Part shown: in pieces, positions 35,826 through 48,979 of the stretch
Layout: each line of letters begins with the position of its first letter
Numbering within the stretch: position 1 is the stretch's first letter
Assembly: GCF_044704955.1 (NCBI RefSeq)
Contig: NC_091995.1
Location: 39,308,001 to 39,372,000 of the forward strand
Source: Pristiophorus japonicus
Lineage: Eukaryota
Direction of reading: 5' to 3'
Length of the DNA: 64,000 bases
Position numbers and translations under genes: made by a program
The notes under the pieces: model-generated
What the model was told of the DNA's origin: nothing
What the model saw: only the letters and a program-made list of their open reading frames with translations
Databases searched by the model: none

Positions 35826-37258
35826 TCAGCATCATCATCATAGGCAGTCCCTCGGAATCGAGGAAGACTTGCTTCCACTCCTGAAGTGAGTACTTTGGTG
35901 GCTGAACAGTACAATATGAGAGCCACAGACTCTGTCACAGGTGGGTTAGATAGTTGTTGAGGGAAGGGGTGGGTGGGACAGGTTTGCCGCACATTTTTCC
36001 GCTGCCTGCGCTTGGTTTCTGCATGCTCTCGGCGTTGAGATTCGAGGTGCTCAGCGCCCTCTCAGATGCACTTACTCCAGTTAGGGCGGTCTTGGGCCAG
36101 GGACTCCCAGATGTCAGTGGGGATGTCGCACTTTATCAGGGGAGCTTTGAGGGTGTCCTTGTTAAGTTTGCGCTGCCCAGCTTTGGTTCGTTTTGCCGTG
36201 AAGGAGCTTTGAGTATAGCAGTTGCTTTGGGAGGCTCGTGTCTGCCTTGCGAACTATGTGGCCTTCCCAGCCGTGCTGATCGAGCGTGGTCAGTGCTTCA
36301 ATGCTGGAGATGTTGGCCTGGTCGAGGACAGTAACGTTGGTGCGTCTGTCCTCCCAGGGGATTTGGAGGATTTGGAGGATCCTGTGGAGACATTGTTGGT
36401 GATGTTTCTCCAGTGACTTGAGGTGTCTGCTTTACAGGGTCCATGTCTCTGAGCCATACATGATGGTGTTTATTACTACAGCGCTGTCAACCATAAGCTT
36501 TGTGGCAGTTTTGAAGGCCTGGACTTCAAACACTCTTTTCCTCAGATGGCCAAAGGCTGCACTGATGCACTGGAGGCAGTGCTGGATCTCATTATCGATG
36601 CCTGCTTTTGTTGATAGGAGTCTGCCGAGATATGGGAAGTGGTCCACGATTTCAGGGCTGCGCCGTGGATCTTGATGACTGAGGGGCAGTGCTGTGCAGT
36701 GAGGAAATGCTGGTGGAGGACTTTTGTCTTACGGATTTTTAGTGTAAGGCCCATGCTTTCGTATGCCTCAGTAAATATGGCGACTATGCCCTGGATTTCA
36801 GACTCTGTATGTGCACAGACACCGGCGTCGTCCGCTTATTGTAGCTCGACAACAGAGGTTGGGGTGGTTTTGGACCTTGCCTGGAGACGGCATAGGTTGA
36901 ACAGGTTTCCCCTCGTTCTGTAGATTAGTTCCACTTCAGTGGGGAGCTTGTTGACAGTGAGGTGGAGCATGGTGGCAAGAAAGATTGAGACGAGGGTTGG
37001 GGCGATGGCGCAGCCCTGTTTCACCCTGGTCCATCATCGATTGGGTGTGTGATGGATCCGTTGGGAAGGGTCACGGCCTGCATTTCATCGTGGAGCAGGC
37101 GAAGGATGGTGACGAACTTGTGGGGGCATCGGAAATAGAGCAGGACGCTCCATAGACCCTCGTGGTTGACATTCCCAAAGGCCTTTGTAAGGTCGAAGAA
37201 GTCCATGTGTAAGTGCTGGCGCTGTTCCCTGCATTTTTCCTGCAGCTGTCACGCTGCA
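35826..37258 (-). mobile_element. RTE LINE, 5'-truncated (duplicate of 4388-5655, longer)
   Basis: FFDLTKAFGNV, KQGCAIAPTL, HFPYLG peptides; (CAT)n tail. Confidence 0.9.
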
Positions 37259-37361
37259 TAATTCTGAATTATCAGAATACCCACTGTCTGCATCTTAAGT
37301 ATCAGAATGATATATTGTCTGCATCTGGCCTATCAGAAACACGAATTGTCTAGGTCTATAG

Positions 37362-40300
37362 ACACATAGAAACATAGAAAATAGGTGCAGGAGTAGCCCA
37401 TTAGGCCCTTCGAGCCTGCACCACCATTCAATAAGATCATGGCTGATCATTCCGTCATTACCCCTTTCCTGCTTTCTCTCCATACCCCTTGATCCCTTTA
37501 GCCGTAAGGGCCATATCTAACCCCCTCTTGAATATATCAAATGAACTGGCATCAACAACTCTCTGCGGTAGGGAATTCCACAGGTTCACAACTATGTCCT
37601 GGAGTTCAGCCTCTGTATGTGCACAGACGCAGACGTCGTCCGCTTATTGTAGTGAAGAAGTTTCTCCTCATCTCAGTCCTAAATGGTTACACCTTATCCT
37701 TAGACTATGTCCCCTGGTCCTGGACTTCACCAACATCGAGAACATTATTCCTGCATCTAACCCGACCAGTCCCGTCAGAATTTTATATGTGTCTATGAGT
37801 TCCACTCTCATCCTTCTACACTACAGTGAATACAAGCCCAGTCGATCCAGTCTCTCCGCATATGTCAGTCCTGCCCTCCCGGGAATCAGGCTGGTGAACC
37901 ATTGCTGCACTCCCTCAATAGCAAGAATGTCCTTCCTCAGATTAGGAGAGCAAAACTGAACACAATATTCCAGGCGAGGCCTCACGAAGGCCCTGAACAA
38001 CTGCAATAAGACCTCGCTGCTCCTAAAGTCAAATCCCCTAGCTATGAAGGCAACATACCATTTGCCTTCATCACCGTCTGCTGTACCTGCATGTCAACTT
38101 GCAATGTCTGATGCACCAATACATCCAGATCACGTTGCACCTCCGCTTTTCGTAATCTGCCGCCATTCAGATAATATTCTGCCTTTATGGTGTTGCCACC
38201 AAAGTGGATAACCTCACATTTATCCACATTATACTGCATCTGCTACGTGTTTGCCCACTCACCTAACCTGTCCAAGTCATCCTGCAGCTTTTTAGCATCC
38301 TCCTCACAGCTCACACCGCCTCCCAGCTCAGTGTCATCTGCAAACTTGGAGATATTACACTCAATTCCCTCATACAAATCATTAATGTATATTGTAAATA
38401 GCTGGGTCCCTGCACTGAGCCCTGCGGCACCCCACTAGTCACTGCTTGCCATTCTGAAAAGGACACGTTTATTCCGACACTCTGCTTCCTGTCTGCCAAC
38501 CAGTTCTCTATCCAAGTCAGCACATTACACTCAATATTGCACACCAATCTCTTGTTTGGGACTTTGTCAAAAGCCTGTTGAAATCCAAAGACACCACATC
38601 CACTGGTTCTCCCTTGTCCAATCTTCCAGTTACATTCTTAAAAATTTCTGGAAGATTTGTCAAGCAGGATTTCCCTTTCATAAATCCATGCTGCCCTGGA
38701 CCGTTCCTGTCACTGCTTTCCAAATGTGTTGCTATTTCATCTTTAATAATTGATTCCAACATTTTCCCCACTACTGATGATGGCCGGCTAACCGGTCTAT
38801 AATTTACCATTTTATCTCTCCCTTCTTTCATAAAAAGTGGTGTTACATTAGCTACCCTCCAGTCCATAACAACCGATCCAGAGTCGATAGACTGTTGGAA
38901 AATGATCACCAATGCATCCACTATTTCAAGGCCTACTTCCTTATGCACTCTAGGATGCTGACTATCAGGTCCAGGGGATTTATCATCCTTCAATCCCATC
39001 AATTTCCCTAAAACAATTTCTTGCCTAATAAGGATTTCCTTCAGTTCCTTCTTCCCACTAGACCCTCGCTCTCCTCGTATTTCCGGAAGGTTATTCGTGT
39101 CTACCTTCGTGAAGACAGAACCAAAGCATTTGTTTAACTAGTCTGCCATTTCTTTGTTCCCCATTATAAATTCACCTGAATCTGACTGCAAGGGATCTAC
39201 ATTTGTTTTCACTAATCTATTTCTCTTCACATATCTATAGAAGCTTTTGCAGTCAGTTTTTATGTTACCAGCAAGCTTCCTCTCATACTCTATTTTCCCC
39301 CCTCCTAATTAAATCCTTTGTCCTCCTCTGCTATATTACAAAATTCTCCCAGTCCTCAGGTTTGCTGCTTTTTCTGGCCAATTTATATGCCTTTCCTTGG
39401 CTTTAATACTATCCTTAATTTCCCTTGTTGGCCACGGTTGTGCCACTTTCCCCGTTTTATTTTTACTCCAGACAGAGATGTTGAATTGTTGAAGTTCATC
39501 CATGTGATCTTTAAATGTTTGCCATTGCCTATCCACCATCACTCACAAGTTTATTTTAGACAATTCACATCTCATCATCAAAGTTACCTTTCATTAAGTT
39601 CAGGACCCTAGCCTCTGAATTAACGGTGTCACTCTTCATCTTAATAAAGAATTCTACCATATTATGGTCACTCTTCCCCAAGGGGCCTCGCACAACAAGA
39701 TTGTTAATTAGTCCTTTCTCATTACACATCACCCAGTCCAGGATGGCCAGCCTCTAGTTGGTTCCTCGACATATTGGTCTCGGAAACCATCCCGAATACT
39801 CTCCAGGAAATCCTCCTTCAGCGCATTGCTACCAGTTTGGTTAGCCCAATCAATATGTCGATTAAAGTCGCCCATAATAACTGCTGTACCTTTATTGTAC
39901 GCATCACTAATTTCTTGTTTGATGCTGTCCCCAACCGCACTACTCCTGTTTGGTGGGTCTGTACACAACTCCCACTAGCGTTTTCTGTCCTTTGGTATTC
40001 CGTAGCTTCACCCATTACGATTCCACATCATCCAAGCTAATGTCCTTTCTTACTATTGCATTAATTTCCTCTTCAACCAGCAACGCCGTCTCACCTCCTA
40101 TTCCTTTCTGTCTGTCCTTCCTAAATGTTGCATACCCCTATTTGTTGAGTAGCCAGACTTGGTCACCCTGGAGCTGTGTCTTCGTGATGCCAATTACATC
40201 ATATCCATTAATTCGACCACCTTATTCCGAATACTCATCGCATTGAGGCACAGAGCCTTCAGGCTTGGCTTATTCACATCCTTTGCCCCTTTAGAATTTT

Positions 40301-41262
40301 TCTATAATGTGGCCCTTTTAGTTTTTTGCCTTGGGTTTCTCTGCCCTCCACTTTTACTATTCTTCTTTCTATCTTTTGCTTCTGCCCCCATTCTATTCCC
40401 TCTGTCTCCCTGCATAGGTACCCATCCCCCTGCAATATTAGTTTAACTCCTCCCCAACAGCACTAGCAAACACTCCCCCTAGCACACTGGTTCTGTCCTG
40501 CCCATGTGCAGACCATCTGGTTTTGTTCTGGTCCAACCTCCCCCAGAACCGTTTTCAATGTCCCAGGAATTTGAATCCCTCCCTTCTGCACCACTCCTCA
40601 AGCCACGTATACATCTGAGCTATCCTGCGATTCCTACTCTGATAAGCACGTGGCACTGGTAGCAATTCTGAGATTACTACTTTTGAGGTCCTACTTATTA
40701 ATTTAGCTCCTAGCTCCCTAAATTCATCTTGTAGGACCTCATCCCATTTTTTATCTATATCGTTGGTACCTATATGCACCATGACAACCGGCTGTTCACC
40801 ATCCCACTTCAAAATGTCCTGCACCCGCTCCGAGACATCCTTGACCCTTGCACCAGAGAGGCAACATACCATCCTGGAGTCTCAGTTACGGCCGCAGAAA
40901 CGTCTATCTATTCCCTTACAATAGAAGCACCTATTACTATAGCTCTCTTTTTCCTGACTTCCTGTGCAGCAGAACCACCCATGGTGCCATGAACTTGGCT
41001 GCTGCTGCTCTCCTCTGATGAGTCATCTCCCTCAACAGTACCCAAAGTAGTGTATCTGTTTTGAAGGGGGATAACCGCAAGGGACCCCTCCACTACCTTC
41101 CTTGCACTGCTCTTCTTGTTGGTACCCAGATCCTATCTGGCTGTGTACCCTTCACCTGCGGTGTGGCCAACTCTTGACGTGCTCTTGACGTCATTCTCAG
41201 CATCCACTCGCAGCTCCAGTGCCGCAATGTGGTCTGTCAGGTGCTGCAGGCGAATGCACTTT
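37362..41262 (-). mobile_element. CR1 LINE (ORF1 N-terminal remnant continues at 46311-46366)
   Basis: (CATAGAAA)n tail, RT, EN, ORF1 (VHIGTND); split by the element at 41263-46310. Confidence 0.9.
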
Positions 41263-42569
41263 GAAACATAGAAACACAGAAAATAGGTGCAGGAGTAGGC
41301 CATTCGGCCCTTCAAGCCTGCACTGCCATTCAATGAGTTCATGGCTGAACATGCAATTTCAGTACCCCATTCCTGCTTTCTCGCCATACCCCTTGATCCC
41401 CCTAGTAGTAAGGACTACAGCTAACTCCTTTTTGAATATATTTAGTGAATTGACCTCAACAACTTTCTGTGGAAGAGAATTCCACAGGTTCACCACTCTC
41501 TGGGTGAAGACGTTTCTCCTCATCTCGGTCCTAAATGGCTTACCCCTTATCCTTAGAGAGTGTGACCACTGGTTCTGGACTTCCCCAACTTTGGGAACAA
41601 TGTTCCTGCATCTAACCTGTCTGAACCCGTCAGAATTTTAAACATTTCTAGGAGATCCCCTCTCATTCATCTGAACTCCAGTGAATACAAGCCCAGTGAT
41701 CCAGTCTTTCTTGATGTGTCAGTCCCGCCATCCCGGGAATCAGTCTGGTGAACCTTCGCTGCACTCCCTCAATAGCAAGAATGTCCTTCCTCAAGTTAGG
41801 AGACCAAAACTGTAACAATACTCCAGGTGTGGCCTCACCAAGGCCCTGTACAACTGTAGAAATACCTCCCTGCCCCTGTACTCAAATCGCTTGCTATGAA
41901 GGCCAAATTGCCATTTGCTTTCTTAACCGCCTGTTGTACCTGCATGCCAATCTTCAATGACTGATGTACCATGACAATCAGGTCTCGTTGCACCTCCCCT
42001 TTTCCTAATCTGTCACCATTCAGATAACAGTCTGTGTCTCTGTTTTTAAAACTGAAGTGGACAACCTCACATTTATCCACATTATACTTCATCTGCGATG
42101 CATTTGCCCACTCACCTAACCTATCCAAGTCACTCTGCAGCCTCAAAGCATCCTCCTCGCAGCTCACACTGCCACCCAACTTAGTGTCATCTAAAAATTT
42201 GGAGATACTACATTTAATCCCCTCGTCTAAATCATTAATGTACAGTGTAAACAGCTGGGGCCCCAGCACAGAACCTTGCGGTAGCCCACGAGTCACTGCC
42301 TGCCATTCTGAAAAGTATCCATTTATTCTTTCTCTTTGCTTCATGTCTGTCAACCAGTTCTCAATCTGCGTCTGCACACTACCCCCAATCCCATGTGCAT
42401 TAACTTTGCACATTAATCTCTTGTGTCGGACCTTGTCGAAAGCCTTCTGAAAGTCAAAATACCGCACATCAACTGGTTCTCCTCTTTGTCCACTCGACTG
42501 GAAACATCCTCAAAAAATTCCAGAAGATTTGTCAAGCATGATTTCATTTTCACAAATCCATGCTGACTG

Positions 42570-43207
42570 AAGAACATAAGAATTAGGAACAGGAGTAGGC
42601 CATCTAGCCCCTCGAGCCTGCTCCGCCATTCAACAAGATCATGGCTGATCTGGCCGTGGAATCAGCTCCACTTACCCGCCCGCTCCCCGTAACCCTTAAT
42701 TCCATTATTGGTTAAAAATCTATCTATCTGTGACTTGAATACATTCAATGAGCTAGGCTCAACTGCTTCCTTGGGCAGAGAATTCCACAGATTCACAACC
42801 CTCTGGGAGAAGAAATTCCTTCTCAACTCGGTTTTAAATTGGCTCCCTCGTATTTTGAGGCTGTGCCCCCTAGTTCTAGTCTCCCCGACCAATGGAAACA
42901 ATCTCTCTGCCTTGAACTTGTCTATCCCTTTCATTATTTTAAATGTTTCTATAAGATCACCCCTCATCTTTCTGAACTCCAACGAGTAAAAACCCAGTCT
43001 ACTCAATCTATCATCATAAGGTAACCCTCTCATCTCCAGATTCAGCCTAGTGAATCGTCTCTGTACCCCCTCCAAAGCTAGTATATCCTTCCTTAAGTAA
43101 GGTGACCTAAGCTGCACGCAGTACTCCAGATGCGGCCTCACCAATACCCTATACAGTAGCAGCAGGACCTCCCTGCTTTTATACTCCATCCCTCTCGCAA
43201 TGAAGGC
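42570..43207 (-). mobile_element. Younger CR1 3' fragment nested in the 41263-46310 element
   Basis: AAGAACATAAGAA tail; uninterrupted 175-aa ORF2 C-terminus (42662-43189). Confidence 0.9.
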
Positions 43208-45000
43208 TCGACCATGTCACCTCTTTCCAAATGCGCTGCTATGCCATCCTTAATAATTGATTCCATCATTTTACCCACTACTGATGTCAGGCTGACCGGT
43301 CTATAATTCCCTGTTTTCTCTCTCCCTCCTTTTATAAAAGTGGGGTTACATTGCCTACCCTCCTCTCATAGGAACTGATCCAGAGTCTATGGAATGTTGG
43401 AAAATGACTGTCAATGCATCCGCTATTTCCAAGGCCACCTCCTTAAATACTCTGGGATGCAGACCATCAGGCCATGGGTATTTATCCACCTTCAATCCCA
43501 TCAATTTAAAAAACACAATTTCCCGCCAATAAGGATTTCCCTCAGTCCCTCCTTCTTACTAAACCCTCTGACCCCTTTTATATCCGGAAGGTTGTTTGTG
43601 TCCTCCTTAGTGAATACCGAACCAAAGTACTTGTTCAATTGGTCTGCCATTTCTTTGTTCCCCATTATGACTTCTCCTGATTCTGACTGCAGGGGACCTA
43701 CGTTTGTCTTTACTAACCTTTTTCTCTTTACATATCTATAGAAGCTTTTGCAGTCCATTTTAATGTTCCCTGCAAGCTTCCTCTCGTACTCTATTTTCCC
43801 TGCCCTTATCAAATACTTTGTCCTCCTCTGCTGAGTTCTAACTTTCTCCCAGTCCCCTGGTTCACTAGTATTTCTGGACAATTTGTATGCTACTTCCTTG
43901 ACTTTAATATTATCCCTGATTTCCCTTGATAGCCACGGTTGAGCCACCTTCCATTTTTTATTTTTTGCCAGACAGGGATGTACAATTGTTGTAGTTCATC
44001 CATGCGGTCTCTAAATGTCTGCCATTGCCCATCCACTGTCAACCCCTTAAGTATCATTCACCAATCTATCCTCGCCAATTCACGCCTCATATCTTCAAAG
44101 TTACCCTTCTTTAAGTTCTGGACCATGGTCTCTGAATTAACTGTTTCCTTCTCCATCCTAATGTAAAATTCCATCATATTATGGTCACTCTTCCCCAAGG
44201 GGCCTCGCACAACGAGATTGTTAATTAATCCTCTCTCATTACACAACACCCAGTCTAAGATGGCCTCCCCCCTAATTGGTTCCTCGATGTATTGGTCTAG
44301 AAAACCATCCATTATGCACTCCAGGAAATCCTCCTCCATGGTATTGTTTCCAGTTTGGTTAGCCCAATCTATATGCATAATAAAGTCACCCATTATAACT
44401 GCTGCACCTTTATTGCATGCGCCCCTAATTTCCTGTGTGATGCCCTGTGTTTGGAGGTCTGTACACAACTCCCACTAACGTTTTCTGCCCTTTGGTATTC
44501 CGTAGTTCCACCCATACCGATTCCACATCATCCAAGCTAATGTCCTTCCTTGCAATTACATTAATCGCCTCTTTAACCAGCAACGCCACCGCGCCTCCTT
44601 TTCCTTTCTGTCTATCTTTCCTAAATGTTGAACACCCTTGGATGTTGAGTTCCCAGCCTTGGTCACCCTGGAGACATGTCTCCGTGATCCCAACCACATC
44701 GTATCCATTAACTGCTATCTGCACAGGTAATTTGTCCACCTTATTTCGAATACTCTTCGCTTTGAGGCACAGAGCATTCAGGCTTGCCTTTTTATTGCAC
44801 TTTGACCCTTTAGAATTTTGCTGTAAAGTGGCCCTTTTTGTTTTTTGCCTTGGGTTTCTCTGTCCTCCACTTTTGCTCATCTCCTTTCTGTCTTTACTTC
44901 TGTCTCCCTGCATTGGTTCCCATCCCCCTGTCATATTAGTTTAACTCCTCCCCAACAGCACTAGCAAACACTCCCCCTCGGACATTGGTTCCGGTCCTGC

Positions 45001-45882
45001 CTAGGTGCAGACCGTCCAATTTGTACTGGTCCAACCTCCCCCAGAACCGGTTCCAATGTCCCAGGAATTTGAATCCCTCCCTGCTGCACCACTGCTCAAG
45101 CCACGTATCATCTGAGGTATCCTGCGATTACTACTCTGACTAGCACGTGGCACTGGTAGCATTCCCGAGATTACTACTTTTGAGGTCTTAATTTTTAATT
45201 TAGTACCTCGCTCCTTAAATTCGTCTTGTAAGACCTCATCCCATTTTTTACCTATACCGTTGGTACCAATTTGCACTACGACACCTGGCTGTTCACCCTC
45301 CCTTTTCAGAATGTCCTGCACCCACTCCAAGACATCATTGACCCTTGCAGCAGGGAGGCAACATACCATGCTGGAGTCTCGGTTGCGGCCGCAGAAAAGC
45401 CTATCTATTCCCCTTACAATTGAATCCCCTATCACTATCGCTCTCAAACTCTTTTTCCTGCCCTCCTGTGCAGCATATCCAGCCATGGTGCCTTGAACTT
45501 GGCTGCTGCTGCCCTCCCCTGATGAGTCATCCCCCCCAACAGTACTCAAAACGGTGTATCTGTTTTGCAGGGGGATGACCGCACGGGACCCCTGCACTAC
45601 CTTCCTTGCACTGCTCTTCCTGTTGGTCTTCCATTCCCTATCTGGCTGTGGACCCTTCACCTGCGGTAAGACCAACTCGCTACACGTGATACTCACATCA
45701 TTCTCAGCATCGTGGATGCTCCAGAGTGATTCCACCCTCAGCTCCAATTCCGCAACACGGTCCGTCAGGAGCTGGAGGCAGATACACGTCCTGCACACGT
45801 AGTCGTCAGGGACACTGGAAGTGTCCCTGAGTTCCCAGATGGTCCAGGAGGAGCATATCATGTGTCCGAGCTCTCCTGCCAT
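45001..45882 (-). pseudogene. CR1 ORF1 (Cys-rich N-terminus plus SGNH esterase), near intact, C-terminal frameshift
   Basis: MAGELGHMICSSW...CRTCICLQ, VIGDSIVRG, VQIGTNG. Confidence 0.87.
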
Positions 45883-46068
45883 GACTGAACCTTTAGATAC
45901 ACTTAATTTGGCGATAACAATGTTAACAGGTTACTTACTGATATAAAAAAGCAAAAGAAAATCTACTCACCAATCACCAGCTAATCACTTACCCCTTTGT
46001 CTGTGACGTCACCTTTTGATTTCTTTCTACTTCTTTTTTGCTTTTTCTCTCGGCTGGAGCTGTGCAAA

Positions 46069-46310
46069 CTGGGCCTTTATAGGCCTCCCGACACCACGCA
46101 CTCTCGCCTCTCGGACTGCCACCGCCTCCCGCTGCCACTGGGCCTTTATAGGCCTCCCGACACCACGCACTCTCGCCTCTCGGACTGCCACCGCCTCCCT
46201 GCCACTGGGCCTTTATAGGCCTCCCGACACCACGCACTCCCGCCTCTCTGACTGCCGCCGCCTTTCGCTGACGCTGGGCCTTTATAGGCCTCCCGACACC
46301 ACGCACTCGC
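46069..46310 (-). repeat. 67-69-bp tandem monomers (~3.5 copies) in CR1 5'UTR, each with TATAAAGG
   Basis: CTGGGCCTTTATAGGCCTCCCGACACCACGCACTC at 46069, 46138, 46205, 46274. Confidence 0.9.
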
Positions 46311-46369
46311 ACATGTTGCCGTCAGGTACACTGGAAGCGTCCTTGACTTCCCACATATTACAGGATTCA

Positions 46370-47205
46370 CCTGAATTATAAGAAACATTAATTTACTGGG
46401 TCAGAATTATCAGACCAATCATTTGTCTGAGTTTGGATTAACAGAAGGACCCACTGTCTTGCTCTGAATTATCAAAAGCATCCACCTTCTTGGTCTGCAC
46501 TATCAGAAAAATCCTCTGCCCCAGGCTGAATTATCAGCCAACTCTGTCTGCAATAGAAGGATCAGAAGGGCCTGTCGATTTTGGTTGAAATATCAGAAGC
46601 CCCATTGTCTGTGCCGAATTATTAGAAGGACCATTTGTCTGGGTCTGCATGAACAGAAACGGACACTGTCTGGTTCGGTATTATCAGAAACACAAACTGC
46701 CTGGGACTGCATTGTCGGAAGGACACACTGACTGTGTCTGAATTATCACAAAGACTTACTATCTTGATGTGACTTATCATCAACATACACTGTTTGGGTC
46801 AGAATTGACATAAACAATCACTCACTGGGAGTGAACTGTCCGAAACACACATTATCTGGGATTGAATTATCAGAAACACACGTCATCTTGGTCTGAATTA
46901 TCAGAAACGCGCGCTGTGGACATCTGAATTATCAGAAAGACCTCCCGTCAGTGGCTGAATTATATGAAACACTCACTGTCTACATCTGAATTCTCAGAAG
47001 TCTGACTGATTTATCAGAAGGATCATTTGCCTGAGTCTAGATTCTCGGAAGGACCCAGTGTCTTGGTCTGAATTATCAGAAACAAACAAGGTGGCGATTT
47101 GAATTGTCATAAATTATCAAAGTTTTGCATTGAATTATTATTAAATAGCCACTGTGTGGATCTTTGTAATCAGGAGGATCAATTTAATTGTCATGAACTA
47201 TGGAG
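46370..47205 (+). repeat. Satellite A array
   Basis: 31-bp periodicity. Confidence 0.9.
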
Positions 47206-47576
47206 GACGAATTCATGGAATGTATACAAGATAGTTTTCAAGAGCAGTACGTTAAGGAACCAAATAGGGAACAGCCTATTTTAGATCCAGTATTGTACAA
47301 TGAGAAAGCTTACATTAATAATATGGCAATAAAGCAGCACTAAGGTAAGAGTGACCATAATATTATAGAATGTTGTATTAAGTTTGAAAGTGAATTATTT
47401 AAATCAGAAGCTGGTGTCTTAAATCTAAACAAAGCAACCTATGTAGGTATAAAGGGCAAGTTGGCTAAGGTAGATTGGAAAGCTACATTTAAAGTATGAT
47501 GTTTGAAAAGCAATGATTGCATTGAAAGAATTAATACATAATTTTCAACAACAAATATACATTATTTAAGACATAA

Positions 47577-48787
47577 TGGGCCCAAGTTTCCACATGATTC
47601 GCGCCTGATTTTTAGGAGCAACTGGTGGAGAACGGACTATTTTAGAAATCGCAATTCTCCACATTTTTTTTTCTGCAGTTCTAGTCAGGTAAAACAGTTC
47701 TAGTTTAGAACAGAATTTTTTCTTCAAAAGGGGGCGTGTCCGGCCACTGACGCCTGATTTGAAAGTTTCCACAGTGAAAATGTACTCCAAACTAAAGTAG
47801 AATGGAGACAGTGAAGATTTTTGTGGAACTGAAAAAACCTGTTCGACACATTAAAAAATCAGACGCAGGTTACAAATTAGGCGTCCAGAACGAGGTGGGG
47901 GGGAGAAGGGGGGGAAGGGAACTCATTAAATTTGACAATAAATCCTTATTTATACTACGACAAATAAATCCAACCTGAATAAACATTTATAAGCCAAGAA
48001 AAGATTAAATAAACCATCTTCCCACCTGTGTCAAAGTGCTTCAGCCAGGGAGAATTCTGCAGCCGTTCGTGCCGCTGAGCGGGAGCGGGAGGGGGAAGAG
48101 AGAGAGAGAGGGAGGGAGAGAGAGAGGGAGGGAGAGAGAGAGGGGGGGAGAGAGAGCGGGGGGGGGGAAGAGAGAGCGGGGCGGGAGGGGTGTCGGGTCG
48201 GGGAACAGGAGCGCAGGTCGGGTCAGTCGGGGGGGGGGGGAGCGGGTCTCGGGTCGGGGCGGGGGGGGAGCAGGTCACGGGTCGGGGGGGAGCGGGTCTC
48301 GGGTCGGGGCGGGGGGGGGGGAGCGGGTCTCGGTTCGGGGCGGGGGGCAGGAGCGGGTGTCGGGTCGGGGGGGGGAGGAGCGGGTGTCGGGTCTGGTCGG
48401 CGGGGGTGGGGGGGAGCGAGTGTCGGGTCTGGTCGGGGGGGGAGCAGGAGCTGGCCGTGGGAAGAGCCTTATTCACACAGCCCCAGTGAGGCCATTCAGC
48501 CAGGGCTAGGGACTGCGTGCTTCGGGCCCCTCCCACACAGTTCGGTGCCTGGAGCTACTGCACTTGCGTGCCGACTGTAGCGCGCATGTGCAGAGGTCCC
48601 GGCACTGTTTTCGGCGCCGGGACCTGGCTCCACCCCCCCACAGCTCGTGCTGACTGCGCCGAGGGCCAGAAGACCTGTAAGTAGGTGGAGAATACCGAGG
48701 ATTTTTTTAGGCGCCGTTTTAGGCACGAAAAACGGGCGCCCAGCTCAGAGGGGCGCCCGTTTTTTTTCTTGTGGAAACTTGGGCACA
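47577..48787. mobile_element. Non-autonomous DNA transposon, PIF/Harbinger-like
   Basis: 18-bp TIRs TGGGCCCAAGTTTCCACA / TGTGGAAACTTGGGCACA (1 mismatch), flanked by TAA on both sides. No transposase. Absent from the duplicate at ~6800. Confidence 0.82.
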
Positions 48788-48979
48788 TAAACTCCACAAG
48801 AAAAGTGCTCCAACCGTGGCTAATCAGAGAAGTTAATATAGTATTACATCGAAGAATGAGGCTGATAATGTTGCCAAAAAGAGCAGCAAGCAGATGATGG
48901 GGAGGATTTTAGAATTCAGAAAAAGAGGCGCAAGTAATTGATAATGAAAGGGAAAATAGAATATTAAATAAAAGAAAGA

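Larger units (their letters stand above)
41263..46310 (-). mobile_element. Apparently full-length CR1 LINE nested in ORF1 of another CR1
   Basis: Tail at 41263-41282, RT (41835-42467), EN (44058-44934), ORF1 45001-45882, 5'UTR monomers. Confidence 0.92.

Noticed and set aside
45938-45992. Possible intron in the CR1 5'UTR (GTAAGT ... pyrimidine tract CAG)
   Set aside because: Only 55 nt, shorter than typical vertebrate introns, and no spliced copy is seen in the window.
47955-48536. Pro-rich and Gly/Arg-rich ORFs of 100-190 aa
   Set aside because: These are translations of a G-run minisatellite inside a non-autonomous transposon.
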